A stretch of DNA of 62,283 bases, filler included, from Sphacelaria rigidula (lineage: Eukaryota), in the NCBI GenBank assembly GCA_964200075.2. It is 8 parts of 8 records of this genome, joined end to end, with 100 filler letters (N's around TTAATTAATTAA, not from the genome) between each part and the next. Parts side by side here need not be neighbours in the genome. Positions count along the whole stretch, not along the records: positions 54,588 to 62,283 come from CAXNAA020013758.1; 7 more parts are not named here. One strand, given 5' to 3'. How positions within the stretch are numbered: position 1 is the first letter of the stretch; each line of letters opens with the position of its first letter. The notes beneath the pieces were generated by a model that searched no databases, was not told the DNA's origin, and saw only the letters and a program-made list of their open reading frames with translations. Positions 62,177-62,283 of the stretch are shown here, piece after piece. Made by a program: the position numbers and the translations under genes.

Positions 62177-62283
62177 GAGTGATCCTACGATATTTCAGGG
62201 GGGGGGGGGGGCAACCTCTTTTTTTGTTTGCTTTATTCTTTTGCCCATTAACCACCCCTCCCTTCCGGAAAGGAGCACCGTTC
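62177..62283. mobile_element. Inverted terminus GAGTGATCCTACGATAT..(G)n of the same element family
   Basis: Reverse complement of ATATCGTAGGATGACTC with one mismatch, followed by a G tract. Confidence 0.55.

Overview
Eukaryotic, intron-rich and transposon-rich genomic DNA, most consistent with a brown alga or related stramenopile (inference from gene structure and repeat content, not proven). The window is not one locus. It is 8 contigs of 7696-7699 bp in descending length order, joined by an artificial 100-bp linker (N44-TTAATTAATTAA-N44), so nothing can be inferred across linkers. Supported genes are all partial: an Aurora-type kinase (5 phase-compatible exons, minus strand), a Rubisco-LSMT/SETD3-like SET-domain exon, a roughly 2-kb single-exon P-class PPR array (15 repeats), a two-exon cysteine-repeat membrane protein I do not recognise, and a three-exon low-complexity gene. 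Mobile DNA includes an internally deleted hAT element with TIRs and a near-TSD, a decayed non-LTR retrotransposon, an L1/Tx1-like relic, tRNA-derived SINE families, and several MITE families with visible target-site duplications. The best candidates for something new are the Cys-repeat three-TM protein, the PPR exon with a readable code bracketed by inverted MITEs, a LINE apparently tied to TGAGTAC-(C)n sites, and a decayed head-to-head duplicated ORF with a ParB/Srx-like GNH motif. No complete multi-gene novel system can be demonstrated from this window.
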